The notes: generated from the letters alone by a model not told the origin. Numbered from the stretch's first letter, positions 1 through 10,183 are shown. The stretch is DNA of 64,000 nucleotides from Chitinophagales bacterium (GCA_037624485.1 JASJJC010000008.1:7051-71050), one strand, 5' to 3'. A program made the numbers and translations.

Positions 1-1
1 A

Positions 2-1540
2 GATCCTAATGATACAGAAAGATTCTTTTTAAACCTGTTTGCTTCTCGACATGGACAATTTGAGTTAAACACCAATTTCTCTCATAGATTTAGTGACAAA
101 CTTAGTACTATTGTCTTCGCTCATGGAATGATTCACGAGGTCAAGCATGATGATAATGATGACAGTTTTCAGGATGTCCCCCTTACCAAGCGCTCGGTTA
201 TAACCAATAAGTGGTTCTATGATTCAAAAAAGGTTTTTAAAATGAGATTTGGGTTTGCCTATACTTATGATGAACGAGAAGCAGGTCAGCTTGCTGACTT
301 AAAACTTAATGAAGAATCCTCTAATTTGTTTCAAACCACCAATATTAATAGAAGGTATGATGCATTTGCAAAAACAGGATTTCTGTTTCCTAGTAAAACC
401 AAAAGTATCGGTATTCAATACCGATACTACAACCACCAGCATCAAGCTTGGTATGGTGACAGATTCTATAGTGCCCAGGAAAATTTCGCCAAACTAAACT
501 TTATTTTTCAAACCAAATTAAAAAATCACAATAATGAGATTAAAGGTGGATTTAGCTACCTCTATAATGATTTTGTAGAGCGTTTTAATACATTAAATTT
601 AGATCGGAGAGAAAGTGTACCTGGAGTATTTGTCGAATACACTTACCAGGATTATGAGAAACTTTCCTTTATACTTGGATTACGAGGAGATCTACACAAT
701 ATGCATGGTTTTTGGCTTTCTCCAAAGGCTAACTTCAAGTATAATTTACCCAAAGATCTTACCATCAAATTGGCGGTTGGAAAAGGTTATCGGACTCCAA
801 ATTTAATCGCGGAAAATATAGGTGCATTAGCAAGCAATCGAACCATTGCCTTAGAGGGTCAACAAGGGTTTGAAAGTGCTTGGAATACTGGTGGGAGCGT
901 TATGAAAAAATTCTACTTAGGTTTTCAACAAGCGAGCATTGTAGTTGACTATTACAGAACAGATTTTCAGAATCGTATGCTTTTCGATTACGAGCAAACA
1001 GGTGAGTTGAGCCTTTACCAGTTAAATGGAAGAAATTATGCGAATAGTTTTCAAATAGAGGCAAACCTTGAGGCGGGAGAAGGACTAGATCTGCAAGTCG
1101 CCTATAAGTTTGATGATGTGCACATCGAATATAAAAGTGGCATGAAATTAGCACCCTATATTCCGAGACATAAAATGTTGATTACTGCAGATTATGAAAC
1201 AAGAAATGAAAAATGGAAAATCAATGTGACGGGTCAGTTTAATGGTAAATCTAGATTACCCTCGACACAATCCAACCCTTTACCGTACCAACGACTAGAT
1301 GAGTCTAAAGTGTTTTTCAATTTGAATAGTCAAATCACAGCAATCGTAAAACAATGGGAGTTTTATGTTGGTGGAGAAAACTTAATCAATTACTGGCAAG
1401 AGGAAGCCATTATTGCCGCTGATAATGTGGAAAGTGAATTCTTCGATGCTTCAATGATTTGGGGGCCCCTTGGAGGTGTGCGATTATATGCAGGATTGAG
1501 ATGGACCATTCCATATAAAAATAAAGAAAAAAAGAACTAA
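2..1540 (+). CDS. TonB-dependent receptor, 5'-truncated by the window edge (probable metal uptake)
   Basis: Frame is open from base 2 (DPNDTERFFLNLF...). Beta-barrel strands and TBDR motifs (GLRGDLHN, GKGYRTP, GGENL...Y.GLRW). Followed by two HMA genes. Confidence 0.85.
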   Translation, partial: DPNDTERFFLNLFASRHGQFELNTNFSHRFSDKLSTIVFAHGMIHEVKHDDNDDSFQDVPLTKRSVITNKWFYDSKKVFKMRFGFAYTYDEREAGQLADLKLNEESSNLFQTTNINRRYDAFAKTGFLFPSKTKSIGIQYRYYNHQHQAWYGDRFYSAQENFAKLNFIFQTKLKNHNNEIKGGFSYLYNDFVERFNTLNLDRRESVPGVFVEYTYQDYEKLSFILGLRGDLHNMHGFWLSPKANFKYNLPKDLTIKLAVGKGYRTPNLIAENIGALASNRTIALEGQQGFESAWNTGGSVMKKFYLGFQQASIVVDYYRTDFQNRMLFDYEQTGELSLYQLNGRNYANSFQIEANLEAGEGLDLQVAYKFDDVHIEYKSGMKLAPYIPRHKMLITADYETRNEKWKINVTGQFNGKSRLPSTQSNPLPYQRLDESKVFFNLNSQITAIVKQWEFYVGGENLINYWQEEAIIAADNVESEFFDASMIWGPLGGVRLYAGLRWTIPYKNKEKKN

Positions 1541-1558
1541 TTTTGTTAAAATAAAAAA

Positions 1559-1987
1559 ATGAAAAAAATGAAAAATTTAAAATCAATAGTGTTAATGTTT
1601 ACCTTGTTTGTTGGATTCAGTGCAATGGCTGGAAATGAAAAGGCTACAATTAAAACATCTACTCAATGTGAGATGTGTAAAGAAAATTTAGAAGGTAGCC
1701 TAAGCATAATGGAAGGCGTTTTAAAAGTAATGGTAAAAGTTGAAAGCAAAGAGTTGACTGTAAAGTTTGACGAAAGCGTTGTTAGCCTTGAAGAAATTAA
1801 AAAGCAAGTTACTAATACTGGATATTGGGCAGATGAAATGGCACCAAACAAGGATGCATATGCTGCTTTAGCATCGTGCTGTAAACCAAAAAAATCGTGC
1901 TGTTCTGCTAGTAAGACATCTTGTTCTAAAGACGCAGCTTCGAAGAAAGATGGTGCAAAACTAGAAGAAACTTCTACTGTCAAATAA
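1559..1987 (+). CDS. Exported heavy-metal-associated (HMA) domain protein with Cys-rich tail
   Basis: Signal peptide, TQCEMC metal motif, C-terminal SCCKPKKSCCSASKTSCSK. True start may be 1568. Confidence 0.85.
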   Translation: MKKMKNLKSIVLMFTLFVGFSAMAGNEKATIKTSTQCEMCKENLEGSLSIMEGVLKVMVKVESKELTVKFDESVVSLEEIKKQVTNTGYWADEMAPNKDAYAALASCCKPKKSCCSASKTSCSKDAASKKDGAKLEETSTVK

Positions 1988-1989
1988 AT

Positions 1990-2199
1990 ATGGCTGCTAA
2001 AATACTTCAAGTATCAGGGATGATGTGTGGCAATTGCCAGCAACATGTGCAAGATATTCTTGCCACCGTAAAAGGTGTTTCTAATGTAAATGTCTCCTTG
2101 GAAAATGGAGAAGCTCAACTGGAAATCGACCAATCTACCTTTGATAAAGTCGATTTGCAAGAGGCCTTTAAGGATACCAGTTATAGTGTAGTCTATTAA
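1990..2199 (+). CDS. CopZ-like copper chaperone (HMA domain)
   Basis: GMMCGNC (GMxCxxC) motif, 69 aa. Confidence 0.85.
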   Translation: MAAKILQVSGMMCGNCQQHVQDILATVKGVSNVNVSLENGEAQLEIDQSTFDKVDLQEAFKDTSYSVVY

Positions 2200-2239
2200 A
2201 ATAAAAAATCCATTCGTTTAGCGAATGGGTTTTTTATTT
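2199..2239. terminator. Bidirectional intrinsic terminator
   Basis: AAATAAAAAATCCATTCG-loop-CGAATGGGTTTTTTATTT hairpin between convergent genes. Confidence 0.75.
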
Positions 2240-2270
2240 AAGACTAAACCTGAGGCAAGTCTTGGGTTTT

Positions 2271-3287
2271 TTATAGAATACAAGATAGTTCATAAAGAAT
2301 TCGTGCACCTACATTTGCATCCCATTCTTGATTACCTACTTCATTCAAATCACAACCTATGATTTGCTTACCGCTTTCCTTCAGTCGGCGAAAAAGCTCT
2401 ACCACCTCTGCATACTGCAATCCGCCCGGCACCGGTGTTCCTGTATTTGGACAAAGCTTTGGATCCAAACCATCAATATCAAATGAAACATAGACCTGTT
2501 CTGGCAAATCTTTTATAATACTGTCCCACTGCTCGGACACTGATACCCCTCTAAATCGTTCTTGATGCAATTTAACATCGAAGTAAGTTCGAATTCGTTT
2601 ATCTGCTTGAATAAGGTCTATCTCCTCTTTACAAATATCCCGCACGCCTACTTGAACCAAAGATGTTAGTTGAGTCATTTTTAAAGCATTAAACATTATG
2701 GACGCATGGGAAAATTCAAAACCTTCATAGGCTTGACGAAGATCTGCGTGCGCATCAATCTGAAGAATTCCAAATGAGTCATATTTTTGGGCTAAGGCTT
2801 GCATATAACCTAGCGGCGTGCTGTGGTCTCCCCCTAAAAGAATGACCTTTTTTCCCCTGTTTAACAAGCGCATAGCTTGTTCAAAGACCCATTTCCTAAG
2901 CGTATCACAAACCTGATTAATTTCAGTAATTTGCTCATTTAACTCCTCAATCGACTTACCCTTCTCTTGCAACAAAATAAGCTCATTAGCCTTTTGCACG
3001 TACTTAGAGTTGAGCTTATAGATTTCGTCTGAAACATCCAACATAAAAACACCCTGCTTCCATGCTTCAGGATAATTTAAATGATAAAGATCTAATTGTG
3101 TAGAGGCTTTTAAAATCTGCTGTGGTGCTTTCGAAGTCCCTCCGCCATAAGAAGCTGTGAGTTCCCACGGAACAGGTAAAACAATGATATCTGATTCTTC
3201 AAACCCAAACGGTAAACCAAACAACTTACCATTGGCTAAGCCTACACCCGACGGGTTATAATTCTTGATTTTCTCTTCCTTCGTCAT
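2271..3287 (-). CDS. Agmatinase/ureohydrolase family protein
   Basis: GGDHS, DAHADL, SFDIDGLDP and GTPVPGG motifs. Confidence 0.9.
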   Translation of the reverse strand: MTKEEKIKNYNPSGVGLANGKLFGLPFGFEESDIIVLPVPWELTASYGGGTSKAPQQILKASTQLDLYHLNYPEAWKQGVFMLDVSDEIYKLNSKYVQKANELILLQEKGKSIEELNEQITEINQVCDTLRKWVFEQAMRLLNRGKKVILLGGDHSTPLGYMQALAQKYDSFGILQIDAHADLRQAYEGFEFSHASIMFNALKMTQLTSLVQVGVRDICKEEIDLIQADKRIRTYFDVKLHQERFRGVSVSEQWDSIIKDLPEQVYVSFDIDGLDPKLCPNTGTPVPGGLQYAEVVELFRRLKESGKQIIGCDLNEVGNQEWDANVGARILYELSCIL

Positions 3288-4665
3288 GATTCTCCGATTT
3301 ATCGATTAAGGTCGCTATTGTCGCATCTCCAGTAACATTAACCGTGGTACGAACCATATCCAATAAACGATCTACTGGCAAAATGATGGCAATCCATGCA
3401 GGATTAAGGCCAACACTTGTTAATACAATCATTAACATCACCAAGCCTGCGCTAGGAACCGCAGCAGAGCCAATGGATGCTAAAGTAGCGGTAACAATAA
3501 TAGTTAACTGCTGTCCTAAGCTTAAATCAATCATATGGAACTGCGCTAAAAATATAGCAGCAACCGCTTGATATAGACTCGTGCCATCCATATTCACAGT
3601 AGCACCAATAGGCAAAACAAAACTACTCACCTTCTTACTCACTTTTAAGTTTTCCTCTACGACCTCAAGGGTCACCGGTAATGTAGCGGCACTAGAACTC
3701 GTGGAAAATGCCAAGGACTGCGCTGGGGCAATGTTTTTAAAGAATTCAAAATATTTAAAATCCTTTGTAAACAGCTTAAGAAGAATAGGGTAAAATATAA
3801 AAATCATAATCAGCAAGCCTAGTAAAACAACCAAGAAATAATAAATCAATTTCTCAAACACCCCTAACATGGCACCAAGGTCATCTCCTGCTATTTTGGT
3901 CAAGACACCCGCCATTAATGCAAACACAAAATATGGAGCTAAGAGCATGATAAAATCAATCATCTTTAAAAACACTTCATTGATAGCATTTATAAAGTCT
4001 TTTACAATGCCTGCTTGTTTTTTAGGGATATATAAGGAAGCTAAGCCAAAAAAGATAGCAAAAAATATAATCTGCAACATGGAATTTTTGATGAATGCAT
4101 CGAAGAGATTGGATGGAACAATATCCACCAAAGCCCTTAATGGTCCACCAGAAACCGTTTTTTCTTGAGTAGCTAACCTTTTACTTACTTCTTCCGGAAT
4201 CTCCTCACTAGCCATGAATTGCTTCACCTCTGCTACTAGCTCAGCATGCTCATCTAAACAGGAATAGCATTGACCATCCTTAATTTCAATTTCACTGGCA
4301 TTTGCCCATAACTCGTATTGAATTCTATTCGTCAGGTCGGCATTATCTCCTGGCTTGATTACATTTACCAATAATAAGCCTAAACTCACGGCAAAAACGG
4401 TAGAAATCAAATAAAGTCCTAATGTTTTACCACCCATTTTTCCGAGATGCTCAGGATTTCCGATACCGATGATACCTCCAATAACAGAAAATAGCACCAA
4501 AGGAATAGCGATAAGTTTTAAAGCATTTAAGAATATATCGCCAAATGGCTTAATCCAATCTAGGGTAAACTTAGTCCAACCAAAATATGCAGCGCATAAC
4601 GCCCAAATGATACCTAAAACCATTCCAATGATGATTTTCCAGTGAAGGGCTAATGACTTCTTCAT
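3256..4665 (-). CDS. Dicarboxylate/amino acid:cation symporter (DAACS, GltP-like)
   Basis: [20 protein letters not shown] and [16 protein letters not shown] motifs. Confidence 0.92.
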   Translation of the reverse strand: MKKSLALHWKIIIGMVLGIIWALCAAYFGWTKFTLDWIKPFGDIFLNALKLIAIPLVLFSVIGGIIGIGNPEHLGKMGGKTLGLYLISTVFAVSLGLLLVNVIKPGDNADLTNRIQYELWANASEIEIKDGQCYSCLDEHAELVAEVKQFMASEEIPEEVSKRLATQEKTVSGGPLRALVDIVPSNLFDAFIKNSMLQIIFFAIFFGLASLYIPKKQAGIVKDFINAINEVFLKMIDFIMLLAPYFVFALMAGVLTKIAGDDLGAMLGVFEKLIYYFLVVLLGLLIMIFIFYPILLKLFTKDFKYFEFFKNIAPAQSLAFSTSSSAATLPVTLEVVEENLKVSKKVSSFVLPIGATVNMDGTSLYQAVAAIFLAQFHMIDLSLGQQLTIIVTATLASIGSAAVPSAGLVMLMIVLTSVGLNPAWIAIILPVDRLLDMVRTTVNVTGDATIATLIDKSENHDEGRENQEL

Positions 4666-5744
4666 ATTTTACTCAATTTGTTTTGTAGATATAAATCTGC
4701 TAAAACCAAATTAGTCATGGCCTCAACGATAGGAACCGCTCTAGGCAGAACACAAGGATCATGTCTTCCTTTAGCTTCCAAGGTAATCTGCTCCCCTTGC
4801 TGATTAACGCTCGATTGTTTTTGCATAATGGTGGCGGTTGGCTTAAACGCTACTCTAAAGTAGATATCCATTCCATTGCTGATTCCTCCTTGGATTCCGC
4901 CAGAATGATTCGTCTTGGTCGTAATTTGACCACCGGCTTTGATGAAAGCATCATTATGTTCAGATCCTTTTAATAGTGTCCCACCAAATCCACTCCCAAT
5001 TTCAAAACCTTTCACCGCTGGAATAGACAACATAGCTTTAGCTAATTGCGCTTCTAATTTATCAAAAACAGGTTCTCCAAGTCCAACTTTGCATCCAGTT
5101 ACTACACAAGTAATAATTCCACCTAAGGAATCCCCGTCCGCTTTTGCCTTTTCTATTAAGGTAATCATTTGCTCCGCAGTCCCTTGATCTGGACAGCGAA
5201 CTATATTATCATCTATCAAACTTAAATCCAAGTCCGTGTAAGATCGACCTAGGCTCAATCCTGCAATAGCAGACACATATGCATTAACCTGAATAGACAT
5301 GCCCGATAGTAGTAATTTGTGTGCGACAACACCCGCAGCTACCCTTCCTACAGTTTCTCTTGCAGAAGCTCTTCCTCCACCTCTATAATCCCTTATGCCA
5401 TATTTTTCTTGATAAGTGAAATCTGCATGACTAGGTCTGTATGTATCTTTGATATGGCTGTAGTCTTTACTATTTTGATCTTTATTGATAATACTCAGCG
5501 AAATAGGCGTTCCGAGTGTTTTTCCTTCAAATACCCCTGAAAGAATCTCTACTCGATCAGCTTCATTTCTTGGTGTGGTTATTTTAGACTGACCTGGTCT
5601 TCTTCTATCTAAGGCTTGCTGTATTTCTTTTGCCGAAATCTGCACACCCGCCGGACAGCCGTCAATAACCGTACCCATGGCTTTCCCATGACTTTCGCCA
5701 TAAGTCATGATTCTAAATAAATTACCAAAGCTGTTGCCTGCCAT
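4662..5744 (-). CDS. aroC: Chorismate synthase
   Basis: GESHG, RPSHAD, RASARET and RHDPCV signatures. Confidence 0.97.
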   Translation of the reverse strand: MAGNSFGNLFRIMTYGESHGKAMGTVIDGCPAGVQISAKEIQQALDRRRPGQSKITTPRNEADRVEILSGVFEGKTLGTPISLSIINKDQNSKDYSHIKDTYRPSHADFTYQEKYGIRDYRGGGRASARETVGRVAAGVVAHKLLLSGMSIQVNAYVSAIAGLSLGRSYTDLDLSLIDDNIVRCPDQGTAEQMITLIEKAKADGDSLGGIITCVVTGCKVGLGEPVFDKLEAQLAKAMLSIPAVKGFEIGSGFGGTLLKGSEHNDAFIKAGGQITTKTNHSGGIQGGISNGMDIYFRVAFKPTATIMQKQSSVNQQGEQITLEAKGRHDPCVLPRAVPIVEAMTNLVLADLYLQNKLSKI

Positions 5745-5888
5745 AACCCTCGCAAGATAGGGAGAAAATCGAATTTTAAGAAACCATAAAATCCTTTAAA
5801 ATATTAACTGCACGTTCAAGCAATTAAAATATTATGATACTTGCAGCTTGGAAAGAATAACCGAAACGAGCAAGATTGGAAGATCTAG

Positions 5889-7067
5889 CTATTGAAAGGC
5901 ATTCACTCCGGTAACATCCATTCCTGTAATAAGCAGATGAATGTCATGCGTCCCCTCATAAGTGATTACACTTTCTAGATTCATCGAATGACGCATAATG
6001 CTGTATTCTCCGCTAATACCCATACCACCAAGCATTTGTCTGGCTTCACGAGCTATATTTATAGCGACTTCACAAGAGTTACGTTTTGCCATAGAAATTT
6101 GGGCAGGGGTAGCTCGATCTTCATTCTTGAGATTCCCTAATCGCCAAACCAACAATTGCCCTTTGGTGATTTCGGTAATCATTTCAGCCAATTTCTTTTG
6201 TTGTAATTGAAATCCAGCTAAAGGTCTGCCAAATTGCTGGCGTTCTAGTGAATACTTCAATGCCGTATCATAACAGTCCATAGCTGCACCCATCGCTCCC
6301 CAAGCAATTCCATATCGAGCACTGCTTAGACAAGTTAATGGTCCACGAAGGCCTTCAATTTCTGGGAATATGTTTTCCTTCGGCACGCGCACATTATCAA
6401 AAACTAATTCTCCGGTTATAGATGCTCGAAGACTCCACTTATTCTTAATTTCTGGAGCAGTAAACCCTTCCATACCTTTTTCGACAATCAACCCTCTGAT
6501 TTTACCTTCCTCGTTCTTTGCCCAAACCACAGCTACGTCCGCTAGCGGTGAATTTGAGATCCACATTTTAGCTCCATTCAATAGATAATGGTCTCCTTTG
6601 TCAACGATATTCGTTTCCATACCTGCTGGATTACTACCGTGATTAGGTTCCGTTAATCCAAAACAACCAAAAAGATCTCCACTCGCCAAACCTGGAAGAT
6701 ATTTTCTCTTTTGCTCTTCACTTCCAAATTTATAAATCGGATACATTACCAAACTTCCTTGCACAGAGGCCGTACTTCGAATACCTGAATCGCACCGCTC
6801 CAATTCCTGCATGATAATACCATAAGCAATATCATCCATTCCTCCACCACCATATTCAGTAGGAATATTTGGACCAAAGGCACCAATATCACCCAACTCT
6901 TTAACTATCCATTTCGGAAACTCTGATTTTTGAGCGTAATCGTTAATAACCGGACTTAACTTTTGCTTTACCCATGTACGAACAGAGTCTCGAATGATTT
7001 TATGCTCTTCACTAAGCAATTCATCCATCAAATAGTAATCGGGGTGAGTATAATTATCTTGTTGCAT
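5889..7067 (-). CDS. Acyl-CoA dehydrogenase, glutaryl-CoA dehydrogenase-like
   Basis: FGLTEPNHGS, YEGTHDIH motifs. Start moved to MQQD (7067), downstream of a TATTTTTG box at 7094-7101. Confidence 0.88.
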   Translation of the reverse strand: MQQDNYTHPDYYLMDELLSEEHKIIRDSVRTWVKQKLSPVINDYAQKSEFPKWIVKELGDIGAFGPNIPTEYGGGGMDDIAYGIIMQELERCDSGIRSTASVQGSLVMYPIYKFGSEEQKRKYLPGLASGDLFGCFGLTEPNHGSNPAGMETNIVDKGDHYLLNGAKMWISNSPLADVAVVWAKNEEGKIRGLIVEKGMEGFTAPEIKNKWSLRASITGELVFDNVRVPKENIFPEIEGLRGPLTCLSSARYGIAWGAMGAAMDCYDTALKYSLERQQFGRPLAGFQLQQKKLAEMITEITKGQLLVWRLGNLKNEDRATPAQISMAKRNSCEVAINIAREARQMLGGMGISGEYSIMRHSMNLESVITYEGTHDIHLLITGMDVTGVNAFQ

Positions 7068-7192
7068 TTCGTTTGGTTTTACTAATAATCCGACAAAAAT
7101 AACATAATTTTGATTGGCTAAAAACAAATTGAGGCATCGAATGATCGAATACCCTCTCTTTATTCACAAATATTTGAAATTTAAGGCGTTTT

Positions 7193-7552
7193 ATGATTAA
7201 AATTGGTCTAAGTAATATAGAAACACGCGGACACCACGGAGTGTTTAAAGAAGAACAAGAAAAAGGGAATTTATTTTTCACCGATGTCGATGTTTGGTTT
7301 AAAAGTAGGAAGTCAGTTACGACAGATAATCTAGAAGATACCTTCGACTATCAATTTATTCATGACGCGGTGAAGGCTGAAATGGCAAAGCCATCTAAAC
7401 TACTGGAGCACGTAGCTGGACGCATTATAAAAACTTTGTCGGAAACTGATAAGCGCATCAAAAAGGTAAAGGTTAAAATTGCCAAGATGAACCCCCCTAT
7501 TGATGGTAAAGCGGAGAGGTCCATTATTGCGTTAAAGGAAAGAGTTAATTAA
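7193..7552 (+). CDS. folB: Dihydroneopterin aldolase
   Basis: HHGVFKEE, D.LEDT.DY, LLEHVA and K.NPPI motifs. Confidence 0.92.
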   Translation: MIKIGLSNIETRGHHGVFKEEQEKGNLFFTDVDVWFKSRKSVTTDNLEDTFDYQFIHDAVKAEMAKPSKLLEHVAGRIIKTLSETDKRIKKVKVKIAKMNPPIDGKAERSIIALKERVN

Positions 7553-7722
7553 GCTAAAAAGTCGGCTAAATAATAGCCTCGAGCATCACTTAGGTTCAAG
7601 ATTAATCCATATCTTATGTAAAACAAAAAAAATGGATAGAAAGGATGCTTAGAATTTCTAAAAAATAATTGAAAGCTCTTTGTAAAATTGCAAAAAACAC
7701 TACCTTTAGAGTCCTTTGAAAA

Positions 7723-7793
7723 GGTCGGATGGCCGAGCGGCTAGGCTCAGCTCTGCAAAAGCTGCTACACCGGTTCGAATCCGGTTCCGACCT
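7723..7793 (+). tRNA. tRNA-Cys(GCA)
   Basis: Acceptor GGTCGGA/TCCGACC, anticodon arm CAGCT-CTGCAAA-AGCTG, T arm GGTTCGAATCC, discriminator U. CCA not encoded. Confidence 0.96.
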
Positions 7794-7885
7794 CAAAAGC
7801 CCCTTACGGGGCTTTTTTAATTAGCATGACTTCAACTGCACTAGAACTATGGAGCTGCATTTACCTTGAGTTAACCATAAAATTG
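7752..7885 (+). repeat. Direct repeat copy A (tRNA-Cys 3' half + terminator + downstream flank); attL-like
   Basis: 134 bp, 2 mismatches versus 8510-8643 by manual alignment. Confidence 0.93.
7795..7818 (+). terminator. tRNA-Cys intrinsic terminator
   Basis: AAAAGCCCC-TTAC-GGGGCTTTTTT. Confidence 0.85.
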
Positions 7886-7935
7886 GCTTAAATTGTTTTG
7901 TAAAAATACTGCATCATTAAATGCTCAGCTATTAA
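7861..7935 (-). pseudogene. Internally deleted 3' remnant of a homologue of the 8619-9155 gene
   Basis: 7861-7885 matches 8619-8643; 7884-7935 matches 8761-8812 at 45/52. 119-bp deletion between the two blocks and an in-frame TGA. Confidence 0.8.
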
Positions 7936-7955
7936 TTTTAATAAGCCAACTTAAA

Positions 7956-8309
7956 TTACCAGGTCAACTCTATTGCTTCACAACCACCATCGGTTAAGTC
8001 AATTGTGCCAGTCCAATAAATAAAATCCGTTTGGTCTTTTACAGTAAAGCTGTAACTACCGGGTTCATTTGAATAAGTTATTGATCCATTTTCTCCGCAG
8101 TCTGGTGCAATAACATAATAAACATTAGAGGCCGACGAACCAGCTAATTGCCCACCTATAGTATACGATAATGACGTTGCCCCATCGTTTACTAGCTGAA
8201 GGGCGGTAAACTCACCATACCAAATAACAGTACTACCGTCTTGAGGGTCTTTTGCGCATGAGGAGATTAGCAATAACATTGGAATTAATAAAAGGATTAT
8301 TCTTTTCAT
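7956..8309 (-). CDS. Hypothetical lipoprotein (cassette cargo)
   Basis: Lipobox LLISSC followed by AKD; small beta-rich domain with two further Cys. Confidence 0.75.
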   Translation of the reverse strand: MKRIILLLIPMLLLISSCAKDPQDGSTVIWYGEFTALQLVNDGATSLSYTIGGQLAGSSASNVYYVIAPDCGENGSITYSNEPGSYSFTVKDQTDFIYWTGTIDLTDGGCEAIELTW

Positions 8310-8509
8310 GATATATATATTTTTTTGTAAATGTAAGACAAATCCTTACTAATACAAATTAAGCATCTATAAATGATTAATTTATATCTAACAATTAATT
8401 TAATATTTTGAGCGAACCTCAACTCTCAATAACATTTTATGTTTAAGGACATCTTGAAATGCTGTATCTGTAAATTGCAGATAATTCTAAAATGAAAATT
8501 TTATTAGGA

Positions 8510-8643
8510 TCTGCAAAAGCTGCTACACCGGTTCGAATCCGGTTCCGACCTCAAAAGCCCCTTACGGGGCTTTTTTTATTAGCATGACTTTAACTGCACT
8601 AGAACTATGGAGCTGCATTTACCTTGAGTTAACCATAAAATTG
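8510..8643 (+). repeat. Direct repeat copy B: displaced tRNA-Cys 3' half + terminator (attR-like)
   Basis: Begins TCTGCAAAAGCTG at the anticodon loop and lacks the tRNA 5' half. Confidence 0.93.
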
Positions 8644-9155
8644 AGTGCAGTCATCAACTCTGATTTGACAGAATTAACGATAATGGTTACATCATCGACT
8701 TCCCACTGATATACCCTAAACTCTTCCTTTTCTATTTTAAGGGACGGGCTGCCATACAGCTGGCTTAATTTGTCTTTCAAAAATACTGCATCATTAAAAG
8801 CTTGGCTATTAAAAGTAGAGAGATCTGTATAATCATAAAACCCCATAAACAAAAGAGGTGACAAAGTCTCCATTCCAGATTTATTTGCTTCAGCACCCTT
8901 AGGAAAGGCAATGAAATAATCGTTAAACCCAAAACCTTCAAGCTCAACATCAACTTTATCAAAATAAAAATCGCAATCGGTAACTACATAATCAATAGAT
9001 GCATCATTATCAGCAATTGCATAGGTTAGGCTCGAATAGTTTGTCAAACTATACCAATCAAGGTCCATATTTAGACCAAATAAGTTATGTGAATTATTTT
9101 GTCCATGCGTATGGGTGAAAAAAGCACAAATGATAACTAGTTTTAAAAATTTCAT
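8619..9155 (-). CDS. Hypothetical secreted protein
   Basis: Signal peptide from MKFLKL (9155); ATGA overlap with the upstream gene stop. Confidence 0.7.
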   Translation of the reverse strand: MKFLKLVIICAFFTHTHGQNNSHNLFGLNMDLDWYSLTNYSSLTYAIADNDASIDYVVTDCDFYFDKVDVELEGFGFNDYFIAFPKGAEANKSGMETLSPLLFMGFYDYTDLSTFNSQAFNDAVFLKDKLSQLYGSPSLKIEKEEFRVYQWEVDDVTIIVNSVKSELMTALNFMVNSR

Positions 9156-10183
9156 TTTATATAATTGATTAACATGTAATTTTTGTCTTCCCAAAATTCA
9201 TTCCAAGAATACCCTCTATCGATAAAATTAAACATCATTTTGCCTCCATTTCCATGATCTAAATTTAGAACATCATGTCCTAATTCATGATAAATAAGGT
9301 ACCATCTTTTGGGTTCAGATGAAAGACTCCAGGCCTTTGGGTCAACTTTTATTTTAATTAATTGATCGTTTTCTTTTGCATAACTTAAGCCAACAATATC
9401 TCCTTCAAGCGATTCAAACTTTGCATCAATTATATTTTCCGCTAATTCAATACCATGCTCAGCGCAATCTGCAAGGAAAACATCAATCATCTTGAATAAA
9501 TCATAGGTGTCAATTTCTTTTAATTGATATGGTCCAATTTCATAATCTTTTTGATTCAACGCAACTAGCTTACTTACATAAAACATATAAAACTGATCAT
9601 CTAACTCAACCTTGCAAGATCTCATCATTCTCCAATCAGCAGTAAGCTTAGATTTTTGTACATCGTAAAAATCTATATTTACTTCCCCGCTCATTCTGTT
9701 TAACTGATCTAAATCACACAGCGAGTAAAACTTATTTAGAACTAAATTTTTAGTTGCTCTATCCTTTTCAATGTTTTCTGCCAAGCTTTCCTCAACTATA
9801 CTTTTCATGATAGGATTACCAGCAGTTTTTAATCGAAGTTGTTCGCTTAAACAGGTCAAACAAGGAGCGATAAATTGTACGTGATCAACATAGGCGCTAA
9901 TGATATTTTTCTCAAAAATAAGTGTTCGCTTAAAAGAGTAGTTATCAGAGGAAAAATTAGCTGCCACGTAACTTTTGTCACCTAAAGCCTCTGAACTAAT
10001 ATTTTCAAATCCAGCATTAGTCAAAAAATTAAAAGCCTCATTTTGGTTGAGCGCTTTCCAATTGGATTGAATGGGTTTAAATATCTGCTTTATCTCCCCG
10101 TTGTTATCCAGGTGGAATTCTTGCGCATCGGATTTGACTGCCCAAATGAGAAAAATACAACAAACAAAAAATCTATAGATCAT
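9152..10183 (-). CDS. Secreted protein with C-terminal zinc metallopeptidase (metzincin-like) motif
   Basis: Signal peptide; HELGHDVLNLDH followed by a Met-turn-like KMM. Confidence 0.7.
   Translation of the reverse strand: MIYRFFVCCIFLIWAVKSDAQEFHLDNNGEIKQIFKPIQSNWKALNQNEAFNFLTNAGFENISSEALGDKSYVAANFSSDNYSFKRTLIFEKNIISAYVDHVQFIAPCLTCLSEQLRLKTAGNPIMKSIVEESLAENIEKDRATKNLVLNKFYSLCDLDQLNRMSGEVNIDFYDVQKSKLTADWRMMRSCKVELDDQFYMFYVSKLVALNQKDYEIGPYQLKEIDTYDLFKMIDVFLADCAEHGIELAENIIDAKFESLEGDIVGLSYAKENDQLIKIKVDPKAWSLSSEPKRWYLIYHELGHDVLNLDHGNGGKMMFNFIDRGYSWNEFWEDKNYMLINYIK

Larger units (their letters stand above)
7752..8643. mobile_element. Integrase-less mini-cassette inserted in tRNA-Cys (758-bp repeat unit)
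   Basis: One gene flanked by a direct repeat that starts at the anticodon loop. Confidence 0.7.

Noticed and set aside
7614-7796. 60-aa minus-strand ORF
   Set aside because: Antisense to tRNA-Cys; a typical spurious ORF.
8510-8551. Second tRNA-Cys gene
   Set aside because: Only the 3' half from the anticodon loop is present; no D arm or 5' acceptor strand.
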